DNA of 64,000 bases from Candidatus Bathyarchaeota archaeon (GCA_963702095.1 OY969706.1:2272001-2336000), one strand, 5' to 3'. Shown: positions 1 through 10,202, numbered from the stretch's first letter. Numbers and translations are program-made. Notes: generated by a model not told the origin, from the sequence alone.

Positions 1-459
1 GATGTAGTAGATGCGTCTTGTTCGGAGTTGGCGTTTGACTGAGGAACGCAGGGGTGGACGCTGGTAAATTTCGTCTTCGAATAAGCCCAGAACACGTTTG
101 AGGGAGGCTTCGTCGACTTCGCCATGCAGTTTAAGCACGCAGATGTATTCTTTGCCGCTGTAGAGTAGTGCCTGCACCATCTTTGTGGATTCTTCTAAAG
201 TTACGGGTAAGACACCGGTGACTTTGGGGTCGAGGGTGCCGCCGTGTCCGATGGCGTCGAGTTTGAGGATTTTTTTGACCCATGCTGCGACTTCGTGACT
301 TGTGGGTCCGGCGGGTTTGTCGAGGTTTATGGTGCCGTATTTTATGTATTGTTTGGCGGGTCGCTCAGAGGGTGTGCAGCCATATTTTGGGTCTGTGTAG
401 TCTTCTGCTTTGGTTTGTAATGTGCGTTTGGTTTCCCACGGCGGAAGCGTTCTAGCCAT
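1..459 (-). CDS. cbf5: RNA-guided pseudouridine synthase Cbf5/TruB (5' part; runs off window start)
   Basis: Manual translation from ATG 459: MARTLPPWETKR...INLDKPAGPTSHEVAAWVKKIL...GHGGTLDPKVTGVLP (TruB motifs). Confidence 0.93.
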   Translation of the reverse strand, partial: MARTLPPWETKRTLQTKAEDYTDPKYGCTPSERPAKQYIKYGTINLDKPAGPTSHEVAAWVKKILKLDAIGHGGTLDPKVTGVLPVTLEESTKMVQALLYSGKEYICVLKLHGEVDEASLKRVLGLFEDEIYQRPPLRSSVKRQLRTRRIYYI

Positions 460-517
460 TAAGGTTTTTTCTCCTAAACAGGGTAAGAAAAAGAAATCAA
501 GGTATTAAAGGTTAAAA

Positions 518-787
518 CTAGTAGGTCTGCTTCATTTCGTCTGTTTTGCCTGCAGCTTCAAGCGCTTGGGCAACTTCGTCGTCTGAGGCGCCCCGTTTAA
601 CATCGATTTTGTCTTCTAGGGGCATAACGTGGCTTATGTTTACGCGTCTGCGTTTTACGCCTGTGAGTTTTTTGGGTCCGGTGACTAAAACGAAGCTTTT
701 GTCCATGACGTCTATGACAACGCATTTGGTGCAGCATTCGCGTCCTGCTTGTTTAACGCATATTCTGCCGACTTCAATAGCTGGCAT
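518..787 (-). CDS. rpl14e: 50S ribosomal protein L14e
   Basis: [17 protein letters not shown]...[18 protein letters not shown]...[10 protein letters not shown]; adjacent to cbf5; start moved to ATG 787 after a GGAG-type RBS. Confidence 0.93.
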   Translation of the reverse strand: MPAIEVGRICVKQAGRECCTKCVVIDVMDKSFVLVTGPKKLTGVKRRRVNISHVMPLEDKIDVKRGASDDEVAQALEAAGKTDEMKQTY

Positions 788-863
788 GTTTTGGTAATCT
801 CCTGAAAAACATGTACTGCAGTCGGTAGATATAAGCATAACAGACCAGATGGCAGAAAACAAC

Positions 864-1150
864 TGTTTGCCGCTCCCCAACGCCATCCCTCCCCCCATAA
901 AATCGGTATTGTCTCTTTATGTGGGTGTGACGGTTTGCAGGGTGCCACAAGACGGCAACGGTGGGCGGCTGTTTTTTTTTGGTTGCAACGGTTTTTGGCG
1001 TCTGCTTCGGTGTGGCAATTATGTTTTTCTCTACACTCGGTGCAGAGGCGAGCGCGTACCGTTTGCTTTTTTTCTCACAAGAATAGCAATGGACAACGGA
1101 ATGCAATCGGCATTAGCATGACCCATTTCAGGGTTTCATCTCGCACAATA
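864..1150. repeat. Dispersed repeat family B, copy 1 (intergenic, two hairpins)
   Basis: Collinear blocks shared with 63345-63640 (tctctttatgtgggtgtg, ggtgccacaagac, gcgtctg.ttcggtgtgg, tgcagaggc, aatgcaa.cgg) and, inverted, with 60280-60312. Confidence 0.75.
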
Positions 1151-1262
1151 ACCAAAGCCAACCGCCTATGAACAAAACAGAGTTTGCAAGTAAGCATATT
1201 TTTAATTTAGCAACGCCTCGTTTTATTTATATAATATTAGGGTATTATGGGCTTGAAAAACT

Positions 1263-2489
1263 TTGAGTGACCCTACTGATTTCGTGTTGCAACTGTCGAT
1301 TCTCTTAGTTGCCGCCATAGCCGGTGGGTTGTTGATTAAGAGGTTCGGTTACCCCGTGGCGTTGGGCGAATTGTTAGTCGGCATAATTTTGGGACCCTCA
1401 GTGTTCAACGTCATCACGGATCAAGCTACTGTGAGTGTGTTTGCCGAGTTAGGCGCCATCATCCTGCTCTTCTACATAGGCTTGGAAACGGAGATGGGGG
1501 AGTTGAAGAAACAGCTTTTGCCTTCGCTTTCAGTCGGCGTTCTAGGCGCGTTAGTGCCGCTGGTACTCTGCTACTATACGGCGTTGGCTTTCGGCGTATC
1601 CGGCGATGAAGCCCTATTCATAGGAGTAGTTTTCACTGCAACCAGCATCGGCATCACTGTCCGACTGCTAAAAGACATGGGGAAACTAAACAATCCCATT
1701 GGGTTAACGGTGTTGGGCGCAGGCATCGTTGACGACGTAGTGGCAGTGATTTTGCTGTCGGTTGTTTTGAGCATACTTTCCGGCGGCGCCAACGCAGTTG
1801 ACATCGCCTCAGTGATTGTCAAAGCCATAGCGTTCTGGGCGGTTATAGTGTTGTTGGGTTCAAAAGTCATCGGGAAAGTCCTCGATAAACTCCGATGCGA
1901 CGACGAATACATAATCCTGTTCCTGCTCGCCTTCTGCTTCCTATCCGCATACATTTCCGCAGCCATAGGGTTATCCGCCATCGTAGGCGCATTTGCAGCT
2001 GGCTTACCCTTAACACGGAGACACCCAAGAGTCAGGATGGTTCTAAGAGAAACAAAGAGCCTCTACATGTTCTTCGTGCCAATATTCTTCATATCCATTG
2101 GCACACTCATCAACCTAAGCGTCTTCGGCGAAGCAGCGTTCCTGGGCTTAATAATTACGGCGGTGGCTTTCATCGGCAAGATACTGGGAAGCTACTTGGC
2201 TGCCCGTGCAAACAAGTTCTCAACTAAAGACGCTTTCAAAATAGGAATCAGCATGACGCCCAGAGGCGAAATGGGACTCATCGTTGCAAGCCTCGGATTA
2301 ACCAGTGGACTAATCTCATCAAACATTTACTCTGTAGCGGTAATGGCGGTTATCTTAACCACCTTCATTGCAATGCCAATCCTAAAAATGGTGTTAACCG
2401 ACAAAAAAGAAGGCAAACAACCACCCGCCAACGAAGACGAAGAATGCACTGGAAACACGGAACCGCAAGAATGCCAACCGAAAACTTAG
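1263..2489 (+). CDS. Cation:proton antiporter (CPA2/NapA-like)
   Basis: Many TM helices; GELLVGIILGP, LLFYIGLE, ATSIGIT, IVDDV, PRGE motifs. Confidence 0.9.
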   Translation: MSDPTDFVLQLSILLVAAIAGGLLIKRFGYPVALGELLVGIILGPSVFNVITDQATVSVFAELGAIILLFYIGLETEMGELKKQLLPSLSVGVLGALVPLVLCYYTALAFGVSGDEALFIGVVFTATSIGITVRLLKDMGKLNNPIGLTVLGAGIVDDVVAVILLSVVLSILSGGANAVDIASVIVKAIAFWAVIVLLGSKVIGKVLDKLRCDDEYIILFLLAFCFLSAYISAAIGLSAIVGAFAAGLPLTRRHPRVRMVLRETKSLYMFFVPIFFISIGTLINLSVFGEAAFLGLIITAVAFIGKILGSYLAARANKFSTKDAFKIGISMTPRGEMGLIVASLGLTSGLISSNIYSVAVMAVILTTFIAMPILKMVLTDKKEGKQPPANEDEECTGNTEPQECQPKT

Positions 2490-2639
2490 TTTCACCAAAA
2501 AAATAGGCACAGGCAACCAGAGTGGCAGGTATTGCTCAGTCGACAGCTTGCCAAGCGAAGTTGACAAAATAGCAAATTCCCCTTGTCAAAAATAATTAAA
2601 TTAGATCATTGCCACAAGCGCTACAGGGAGAGATAACGA

Positions 2640-3962
2640 ATGGTTGTTGAAACAACAGAAAAACTGGTAAGTTATGAGGCTTACCTTGCTCAGAACGTCG
2701 ATGCCCACGCAAGCGTTTTTGAATGGACAGATTACAGGTGGCAGCTTGCTAACTCTATTCGAACTATCGACGCATTCGAACAGTACACGGGCATAAGTTT
2801 TTCTAAAAAACAGAAACAGTTGCTCCAAAAAACCGTAAAGAAGTTTCCGCTCAGCATAACACCCTATTACGCCTCACTGATAAACAGTGACAATTACCAA
2901 GTTGACCCAATTTTTAAACAAGCGTTTCCCAACGTCTCCGAATTGACAATTTCTAAGTCCGACATGCAAGACCCCTTGCACGAGGACAAAGACAGCCCCA
3001 CCAAAGGCATCACACATCGGTACCCAGACAGAGTCCTTTTTTTGATCAGTAACAGGTGTGCAATGTACTGTCGGCATTGTACACGGAAAAGAAAAGTCGG
3101 AGACCCCGACCATGTACCTTCTCAATTCCAAATTCAAAACGGAATAGACTACATAAGAGGGCACCCTGAGATTCGCGATGTCCTGCTTTCCGGCGGAGAC
3201 GCATTAATGCTGCCCGATGAATACCTCGACTGGATCCTAACAGAATTAAACAGTATATCGCATGTGGAAGTGGTAAGAATTGGGTCAAGAACCCCCGTTG
3301 TTCTCCCCTACAGAATTACCGATGAACTAGTGAACATGCTTAAGAGGCATCACCCACTTTGGTTAAACACACATTTTAATCACCCACGAGAACTCACGCC
3401 TTCCGCCCGAGATGCACTAAGAAAACTCGCGGATGCAGGCATACCCTTAGGAAACCAATCCGTCCTACTGGCAGGAGTTAATGATTGCCCCCAAATAATC
3501 AAAGAACTCAACCAGAAACTCGTCCGAAACAGAGTCAGACCCTACTACCTGTTCCAATGTGACCTCTCAGAGGGACTGAGCCACTTCCGCACACCCATCG
3601 CAAAAGGCATCGAAATCATGGAGTGCCTAAGAGGCCACACCAGCGGCTTTGCAGTTCCCACATACGTTGTGGATGCTCCAGGCGGTGGAGGAAAAATCCC
3701 AGTTATGCCCAACTACATCATCTCTTGGTCTCCCAACAAAGTTGTGCTCAGAAACTATGAAGGCGTAATCACAACCTACAAGGAACCAGAGAATTACCAA
3801 CCGATTAAATGCAAAAATGACTGCAGAAAATGCGGTCTACACCTTCAATCCGTGCCCATTAAAAAGTCAGCTGTGGGCGTGGAAAAGTTGCTGGGTGACT
3901 CAGGCGAGATTTCGCTTGTCCCAAAAGGGAATCTTAGGCATACCCGGCGAAAACACTGTTGA
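2640..3962 (+). CDS. ablA: Lysine 2,3-aminomutase (radical SAM, KamA/AblA)
   Basis: [52 protein letters not shown]. Confidence 0.93.
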   Translation: MVVETTEKLVSYEAYLAQNVDAHASVFEWTDYRWQLANSIRTIDAFEQYTGISFSKKQKQLLQKTVKKFPLSITPYYASLINSDNYQVDPIFKQAFPNVSELTISKSDMQDPLHEDKDSPTKGITHRYPDRVLFLISNRCAMYCRHCTRKRKVGDPDHVPSQFQIQNGIDYIRGHPEIRDVLLSGGDALMLPDEYLDWILTELNSISHVEVVRIGSRTPVVLPYRITDELVNMLKRHHPLWLNTHFNHPRELTPSARDALRKLADAGIPLGNQSVLLAGVNDCPQIIKELNQKLVRNRVRPYYLFQCDLSEGLSHFRTPIAKGIEIMECLRGHTSGFAVPTYVVDAPGGGGKIPVMPNYIISWSPNKVVLRNYEGVITTYKEPENYQPIKCKNDCRKCGLHLQSVPIKKSAVGVEKLLGDSGEISLVPKGNLRHTRRKHC

Positions 3963-3973
3963 GGTAGAAGACG

Positions 3974-4489
3974 CTGACGCTTAGTTGTGGCTATCAAATC
4001 ACAAACGTATCCGTCAAAGACATAGACGAAGTCTACAAACTACTAATTGCTAATCGACCCTATGTGGGATTAAACTCCCGCTACACCTACTTTCTGCTAG
4101 CAAAAGACTTCTTTGAAACCTGCCATGTCGCCAAAAAAGATGGAAAAATTGTTGCTTTCTCATCCGGTTATGTACCGCCGAAGAGGAAGGACACTTTTTT
4201 TAATTGGGAAATAGTTGTCGACCAAGAGCACAGGGGCAATGGACTCCAACAAGCTCTTCTCATTCAACAGATTAAGGTGTCAGGCGCCAAATATTTGGAG
4301 TTAACAATAAACCCCTCTAACGATGCCTGCAAAAGAAACGTGTTGGATTTGGCTCACATGCTAGGCGCGGGTTGTGTGGAAAGCGTTTTGTTTAGCGAAC
4401 AAGATTTTGGAAATGACGGTCACGAAACTGAAATCCTGTTTAGAGTGGGCCCCATTTCAGCTTCAGCGATTTCACAGATAAAGCCCTGA
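3974..4489 (+). CDS. EctA-family (diaminobutyrate acetyltransferase-like) GNAT acetyltransferase
   Basis: LNSRYTY...FFETCHVA...SGYVPP...DTFFNWEIVV...RGNG...LELTINPSN...HETEILFRVGP matches the EctA pattern; frame open from 3968, probable CTG start at 3974 after GAGGT. Confidence 0.8.
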   Translation: MTLSCGYQITNVSVKDIDEVYKLLIANRPYVGLNSRYTYFLLAKDFFETCHVAKKDGKIVAFSSGYVPPKRKDTFFNWEIVVDQEHRGNGLQQALLIQQIKVSGAKYLELTINPSNDACKRNVLDLAHMLGAGCVESVLFSEQDFGNDGHETEILFRVGPISASAISQIKP

Positions 4490-4572
4490 TAAAAATCGAC
4501 CGCTTTAGCAGGCAAGTTCCCAAACGTTTTAAAACATACAGCACATATTTCCCTGCAGTCAAGTGGTAAGGT

Positions 4573-5631
4573 TTGAGTTTAAGCTATCATTACATGCAGT
4601 TGCCCCGTGAAGTCATAGTTGGAAAAGGCACGTTGAATCGCCTGCCCGAAGTGGTGTCACGGCTGGGGTTAAAAGGCAAAGCGCTGGTACTATCCGATGC
4701 GCAATGCTACAAAATAGCCGGAGAAACCGTTTCCGAGTTGCTTGAAAAATCAGGATTAACCCCAGAGTACCTTCTTGTTAAATCCATGACTGTAGACGAC
4801 CTTGTACTGGTTGAGAAGCAGCTCAAGGATCAGAAGCCCCGGGTTGTCTTCGGCGTCGGCGGCGGCACCATCATCGACGCAGCCAAACTCAGCAGCGCCA
4901 GCCAAAACATCCCCTTCATCAGCGTCCCCACAACCGTCAGCCATGACGGCATCGCCAGCCCCCTAGCATCCATCAAAGGCTCAGACAAACCCTACTCAGT
5001 ACTAGCGCAGGCGCCCATGGCTATAATTGCAGATACAGAAGTCATTGGGCAGGCTCCATGGCGCTTCGTCATAAGCGGCTGCGGAGACGTCATCAGCAAA
5101 TTCACAGCCGTCAAAGATTGGAGGCTCGCTTACCTAGAAAAAGGCGAGTACTACGGCGGCTACGCGGCGAGCCTCGCGTTGATGAGTGCTAAACTTGTAA
5201 CGGAAAACGCGCATCAAATCGAAGAGCAAACCAACGAGGGCTTACGTGTTCTGCTTGAGGCGTTGATTAGCTGCGGCGTCGCCATGAGCATCGCGGGCAG
5301 CAGTCGCCCCTGCAGCGGTTCCGAGCACCTTTTCAGCCACGCCTTAGACCTAATCAACAGTCACCACGCTATGCATGGCGAACAATGCGGCGTAGGCTCA
5401 ATTTTAACTTCTTTTCTGCATGGCTCAAACTGGCAACGCATAAAAGCCACCCTCAAACAAATCGGCGCCCCCACCACCGCCCAAGAATTAGGCGTCAAAG
5501 ACATCGATGTAGTTAAAGCCCTCCAAGTCGCCGCGCAAATCCGCCCCGAACGCTACACCATCCTGCATAAACTCAACTTGGGCTTTGACGCATGCGAAAC
5601 CGTGGCGAGGGCAACAGGAATAATCAGTTAG
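4573..5631 (+). CDS. egsA: Glycerol-1-phosphate dehydrogenase [NAD(P)+]
   Basis: GVGGGTIIDAAK, SVPTTVSHDGIASP, SSRPCSGSEHLFSHALD, HGEQCG, RPERYTIL. Confidence 0.95.
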   Translation: MSLSYHYMQLPREVIVGKGTLNRLPEVVSRLGLKGKALVLSDAQCYKIAGETVSELLEKSGLTPEYLLVKSMTVDDLVLVEKQLKDQKPRVVFGVGGGTIIDAAKLSSASQNIPFISVPTTVSHDGIASPLASIKGSDKPYSVLAQAPMAIIADTEVIGQAPWRFVISGCGDVISKFTAVKDWRLAYLEKGEYYGGYAASLALMSAKLVTENAHQIEEQTNEGLRVLLEALISCGVAMSIAGSSRPCSGSEHLFSHALDLINSHHAMHGEQCGVGSILTSFLHGSNWQRIKATLKQIGAPTTAQELGVKDIDVVKALQVAAQIRPERYTILHKLNLGFDACETVARATGIIS

Positions 5632-6011
5632 ACCCTAAGCGGTTCGATTAACGCAAAGGCGTTTCCCTCTGGGTCTTCTGCCGCCGCGATCCATCCGACC
5701 TCGGGAACTTCCTGTTTGGGCTGCGTGATTTTGCCGCCGGCTTTCACAATTTTATTCAAGAAATCAGTTATGGATTCTACGGAGTAGTAGTTGATGGGTT
5801 TGCTCTCAGGCGCCTGCCGCTTGTACATGCCGCCGTTTACGCCGGGGCGAAGCAGCATGCCTTTGGGGTCAACGGGCACGGTTTGAATTACCCAGTACTC
5901 GATGGGTCCCGCTGCCTGCACGATGTTCCAGCCAAAAACCTGTTCGTAGAAACGCTTGATTTTTTCTACGTCGTTTGCTGGAATTTCAAAATGGATGATT
6001 GTGTGGTCCAT
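5628..6011 (-). CDS. VOC/glyoxalase family protein
   Basis: IIHFEIPANDVE...FYEQVFGW...NGG...EDPEGN. Confidence 0.9.
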   Translation of the reverse strand: MDHTIIHFEIPANDVEKIKRFYEQVFGWNIVQAAGPIEYWVIQTVPVDPKGMLLRPGVNGGMYKRQAPESKPINYYSVESITDFLNKIVKAGGKITQPKQEVPEVGWIAAAEDPEGNAFALIEPLRV

Positions 6012-6139
6012 TTCTGCTTTTTCACCTCAATTTACCTGACAGAAAGGCACTTTATAATATGGGTTGGTTGAATTTAATTGTTTTTTCTGTAGAAGAATAA
6101 GAAATAGACACTAAAAAGGGAAAAGGGTTGGCTGCGCGT

Positions 6140-6913
6140 TTATGGCGCTGCAGTCTTGGCTTCTTCAGTTGCCGCCGGCTTCGTTTCTTCCGCTGGCGTC
6201 GCTGCTGCTGGTGCCGCTTCGGGTTTAGGCTCTGCCTTGAAGGTTTCAACAAACCGTGTCTCAGCTAAGTCTGGGAGGAACTTCTGGATATCCATGGCTA
6301 TGCCGCGTTTAGCGATCTGGATGCCTTCAACGTAGAAGGTTTCCTCGGGCATGTCGATGATTAAGTTCTTGGCTTTGACGGCTATCTTGAACTTGTCTTC
6401 TTCGACGACTGAAACTCTGCGGTGGATCAAAGCAGCGATTTTTTGTTCCTGTGCGTCAAGTTTCTTGGTGACGGTTAAGTCGTAGATGAGGGTTCGCCCA
6501 GCCAACGCGGGGTTGTAGTCCAATAGGACGCGTCCTGCGCCGATGGAGCGGACAGTCGCCATTTTGCCTTGGAATTCGATGCGTGCGCCCACTACGGGGT
6601 TGATTTCTTTGGCGTAGAGTTGTTTGATGGAGACACGGCGGATTTTTTCTGGGTCACGTTGACCGAAGGCTTTGTCAGAGGGTATTTCCACGGTTGTTGG
6701 TTTGTCAACTTCAGCGGTTAGGAGGGCTTCGTCTAGGGCTTTTAGTACCCAGTTTTCGCCGATGACTACCAGTTTAGGCTCGTAGATTTCGCCTTCTTTT
6801 TTGAGGTGTTCTTTCTTTGCAACCTCGTCTTTTGTAGTGTCGAAAACTTCGTTTGTTTCCTTAACTTTGGCTACGTAATCGATTAGAATAAAATCTCCTT
6901 TTTGTAGGGTCAT
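6140..6913 (-). CDS. slyD: Archaeal long-type FKBP peptidyl-prolyl isomerase (SlyD-like)
   Basis: MTLQKGDFILIDY...VFDTT...AFGQRDP...VLLDYNPALAGRTLIY; start set at ATG 6913. Confidence 0.88.
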   Translation of the reverse strand: MTLQKGDFILIDYVAKVKETNEVFDTTKDEVAKKEHLKKEGEIYEPKLVVIGENWVLKALDEALLTAEVDKPTTVEIPSDKAFGQRDPEKIRRVSIKQLYAKEINPVVGARIEFQGKMATVRSIGAGRVLLDYNPALAGRTLIYDLTVTKKLDAQEQKIAALIHRRVSVVEEDKFKIAVKAKNLIIDMPEETFYVEGIQIAKRGIAMDIQKFLPDLAETRFVETFKAEPKPEAAPAAATPAEETKPAATEEAKTAAP

Positions 6914-7303
6914 CTGTTGAATCTTCCTTTTTCTTTCGGAGAAGTGTAGAGTTTCAAAGGAGCATAAAAACTTTATCCACCAAAAAACGCGGGAGTGTAT
7001 TTTATGGTAACGTGGGCGTTTATAAAAGACCCTACGGCATTGAACTAAATACAGGTGAATCAAATTTTCTGGTTTTTCTAGTGCAAGAAGAAGACAGATG
7101 GCCCCTTACTCATCATCTTCTCAGAGGCTTGACAGGCGACCCTGTTTTTGGTTCTACAACGGAAAGGGATTGCTTGCTGGTTGTGGAGCAAACTACAAGC
7201 AGAACCGTGAGCTTTATAATTTTTTAAGGGCAAAAATCAAAACAAAACTTTTGATCCATTGATATAGCGCTTTGAGGTTAGAAGCAGCAAGTAACTGTTT
7301 AGG

Positions 7304-7412
7304 GGTTTGCTGGGGCTCTGGAACCCGAACTAAAGGAGAAAAGAATGGAAAATGCAACTAAACCATTCTCAACTACCCATGACCGATTAATGTTATCCAG
7401 AGCCCACTCAGC
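7304..7412. repeat. Repeat family A copy 1: ~105-nt hairpin element (candidate ncRNA or recombination site)
   Basis: ggtttgctggggctctgga...aaaggagaaaagaatggaaaatgcaactaaaccattc...tccagagcccactcagc; outer and inner inverted repeats. Confidence 0.92.
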
Positions 7413-7437
7413 CCACATCTTACCAATGCAATTTGAT

Positions 7438-7459
7438 TCCCAAAAAAGGGAAAAGGAAG
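7438..7459 (-). terminator. Pyrimidine/U-rich archaeal terminator after beta-propeller gene 1 (equivalent tracts follow all seven paralogs)
   Basis: Minus strand ttccttttcccttttttggga ~20 nt after the stop; similar at ~11236-11257, 15204-15228, 19520-19542, 24363-24385, 29602-29626, 33690-33713. Confidence 0.7.
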
Positions 7460-7477
7460 CTGGTTTATCGATTGATC

Positions 7478-10147
7478 TTAAGGTCGTTTTTTGACTGACA
7501 TCAAGATAACTGCGCCGACGATGGAAATTGCTATAATTACGGCAACAGCAGAACCCAATATAGTCATAGTATTGTCGACCGCTTGTAACGGTTGTGTCGT
7601 TGGCGCTGGTGTCGCTGCTTCGCTAGCATGGAAATATGTCACGGCTGAAGATGGGTAATACGAGTTTGAACCACCAAAGGTAGCAATTATAGTGTAGTCT
7701 CCAGCTATATCGGGGGTCCATGTGAAGCCGTATGAGCCATAGGAGTTCGAAGTTGTTGTGCCAATCTCTCGGTAATTGTTGTTGGAGTCGACGACAGATA
7801 ATGTTACGGTTACACCTGTGGCGTCAGATGGTCGTGGTTGATCTTGGTAGGCGTATTCCATCCATTTGCTCTGGCTTTCTTCAGAAACACATGCTAGACC
7901 ATTTGGGAATTTCTTTGCAACCTCAGACTGTGTTGTACCCGCTGATATGTCTGTTACAGTGCCAGTGATAGTAATTGGTGTAGCAGTAGTCACTCCAACG
8001 TCTGGAACATCTACAGTCAATTTGCTGGGTCCCTTGGCAAAGGCATAAATCTGGTTGTCATAGCAGTTCAACGAGATCAAAGTGTTGTAAGCAATTGCAG
8101 TAGCGACAACATATGTTCCTAACTCTTTCCAGATTAGTGTACCATCTGTTAGGTTAATAGCTAACATCTGTGCACCATGGAACAGCGGTGGGTTGTATTC
8201 ATGTCCTATTGGAAGATATGCAACGTCATTGGTATAAGCTTGGCAACGGAATGTCCACAGTGGCCACATGCCATAGGGGCTTTCGATGCCTGGATCGCCG
8301 ATGAGTGTTGTTGTGTTGGTGTACCATAGTTGTTTGCCAGTCTTTGTTTCAATAGCCCATATGTCGCCGCCTAAACCGGCGATGATAATTTTGCCGTTAG
8401 CTCCAGAGTAGCCAGCTGTTCCACCTAACATTGAATAGGTGCTTGGTTCGCCATTACCGTAGGGGGTTTTAAGTGCTGTTTCCCATGCTTTGGCACCAGT
8501 TCGGCAGTCAATGCCTGTGCTTATCCAGTTTACGTGGTTAGTTATGGATACGATTCCGTCATCAACTATTATTGATGCTCTAGTGAATGGCAGTAGTGAT
8601 TTGCAGTCTGGGTAAGTCAAGTTTTTGGACCACAATGTAGTACCATCAGCGGCATCCATGGAAGCCATTACTAGGTAACCAGTTGATTGGTCGGAAGCGT
8701 GAATTAATCCCGAAGTTAGAATAACAGTGTTGCTGCATAACCGCGATACTGAAAGTGTTGGGGTAATGGTTACGTCATTGACTGTTAAAGGAATTGGTTT
8801 AGCCCACATTAATCCGTAGCCCGCATCAATAGCGTTGTTTGTGGTTGGATACCATAGCCAATCATTGACTAAAGCCTTTGAAAGGTTAAAGCAGCATAAG
8901 GCAGGTGTGGTAATGTTTATCACTTCTTTGACCTGTGGGATTTGGAAACCGACCATCGGTATCATTGGTGTTTGTTGATAGGTTCTGACTTGACCAATAG
9001 TGCGATTGATATAGTATCCGATTAAGTTACCAGTTGCATCGGTTGTTAAAGTCATTGAACTAGCATTGCATATGCTGCATACGTATTTTCCACTTAACGC
9101 AGAGTATAGGTTATATTGGGTTCCAAAGTTTTTGTAAACGATTCCTCCAGTTTCAGCTGCGGGAAGAGCACCAGTAGTTATAACGTACGGACCGACGACA
9201 CCATATGCGTTGACTGTTTTCCATTCGTTAGCCATGCCTGTGGCTAAAATTGAAGTCGTGTTGATAGTGTACAGCGTTTCACCTGTAGCAAGATCGGTGC
9301 AAATGATACCAGATGGGCAACCGTAGCTTTCAGGGTACCAGGTGGAGTACATTTTGTCAGCAATTATAACTGGCGCAAACTGTGGGGTATATTGTCTTGT
9401 TGACCAGTAATGTCCTGATTCTTCGTCGCCACCAGCTTCACCGCCGACTACACCGCCAGTACACCAGACTTTAGTCCAAATGACGTGACCAGAAAGTACT
9501 GAAGCAGTGTAGGGGTTGCATAAGCTTGTTGCATTGTAGTATCCCACTGATCCCCCGAGACCCCATGGACCCATGTACTTGTACCATTCCTGAACGTTCT
9601 GTGCTGAGACGGGTGCTTCCCAATATTCTGTTGGAAGTGGCGTTATTGGATATGCAGTTTGTGTGATGGGCTCTTCTTGTACAGTTAATGTAACGACTTC
9701 GCTTTGGCTTGGCATTTCTTTGAGACCTACAAATCCGTCACCGAGAAGCGCATTTCTAAGTGTGGTTTGTCCACCGTAGAAGAATTGAAAAGTCCAATTG
9801 CCTACTTGGTCAGGTACAAAGTTGAAGTATGATCCACCAGTTGTGTCGCCTGTTATTGGACCTCTTGTTTCTACATTACCGTCTGGGTCAGTGATTTTAA
9901 CTGTCATGTTTGTTACTGCTTCGCCGGATTGTATTGAAGTTGCTAGAAAGAAGTTGACGTTGACTGTTTGACCTACCCCAATTGGGTTAGGAGCTACGCT
10001 GATAAAAGCATACGTCGGAATTTCTGTTCCAGGAGCAAATGTTGTATCAGCTAATGCCGAAGACAGCAATGTTGAGCCAGCAATCAGAAGAATAAGCAGC
10101 GTTGCGATTGCACTTTTTATATTTCTTGCATCAATTTTAAATTTCAT
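7478..10147 (-). CDS. Secreted PQQ-binding-like beta-propeller repeat protein, paralog 1 (signal peptide, Ig-like ends, C-terminal TM + KKRP)
   Basis: 889 aa; N-terminal hydrophobic signal, APNPIGVGQ motif, A.D..TG...W repeats, YDNQIYAF, WTPDIAGDY, C-terminal TM. Confidence 0.85.
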   Translation of the reverse strand: MKFKIDARNIKSAIATLLILLIAGSTLLSSALADTTFAPGTEIPTYAFISVAPNPIGVGQTVNVNFFLATSIQSGEAVTNMTVKITDPDGNVETRGPITGDTTGGSYFNFVPDQVGNWTFQFFYGGQTTLRNALLGDGFVGLKEMPSQSEVVTLTVQEEPITQTAYPITPLPTEYWEAPVSAQNVQEWYKYMGPWGLGGSVGYYNATSLCNPYTASVLSGHVIWTKVWCTGGVVGGEAGGDEESGHYWSTRQYTPQFAPVIIADKMYSTWYPESYGCPSGIICTDLATGETLYTINTTSILATGMANEWKTVNAYGVVGPYVITTGALPAAETGGIVYKNFGTQYNLYSALSGKYVCSICNASSMTLTTDATGNLIGYYINRTIGQVRTYQQTPMIPMVGFQIPQVKEVINITTPALCCFNLSKALVNDWLWYPTTNNAIDAGYGLMWAKPIPLTVNDVTITPTLSVSRLCSNTVILTSGLIHASDQSTGYLVMASMDAADGTTLWSKNLTYPDCKSLLPFTRASIIVDDGIVSITNHVNWISTGIDCRTGAKAWETALKTPYGNGEPSTYSMLGGTAGYSGANGKIIIAGLGGDIWAIETKTGKQLWYTNTTTLIGDPGIESPYGMWPLWTFRCQAYTNDVAYLPIGHEYNPPLFHGAQMLAINLTDGTLIWKELGTYVVATAIAYNTLISLNCYDNQIYAFAKGPSKLTVDVPDVGVTTATPITITGTVTDISAGTTQSEVAKKFPNGLACVSEESQSKWMEYAYQDQPRPSDATGVTVTLSVVDSNNNYREIGTTTSNSYGSYGFTWTPDIAGDYTIIATFGGSNSYYPSSAVTYFHASEAATPAPTTQPLQAVDNTMTILGSAVAVIIAISIVGAVILMSVKKRP

Positions 10148-10202
10148 TTTTATCTCCTTTTTGTGCGGGTAGGGTAAACTCCCAAACTCTATTTATAACA
10201 AA

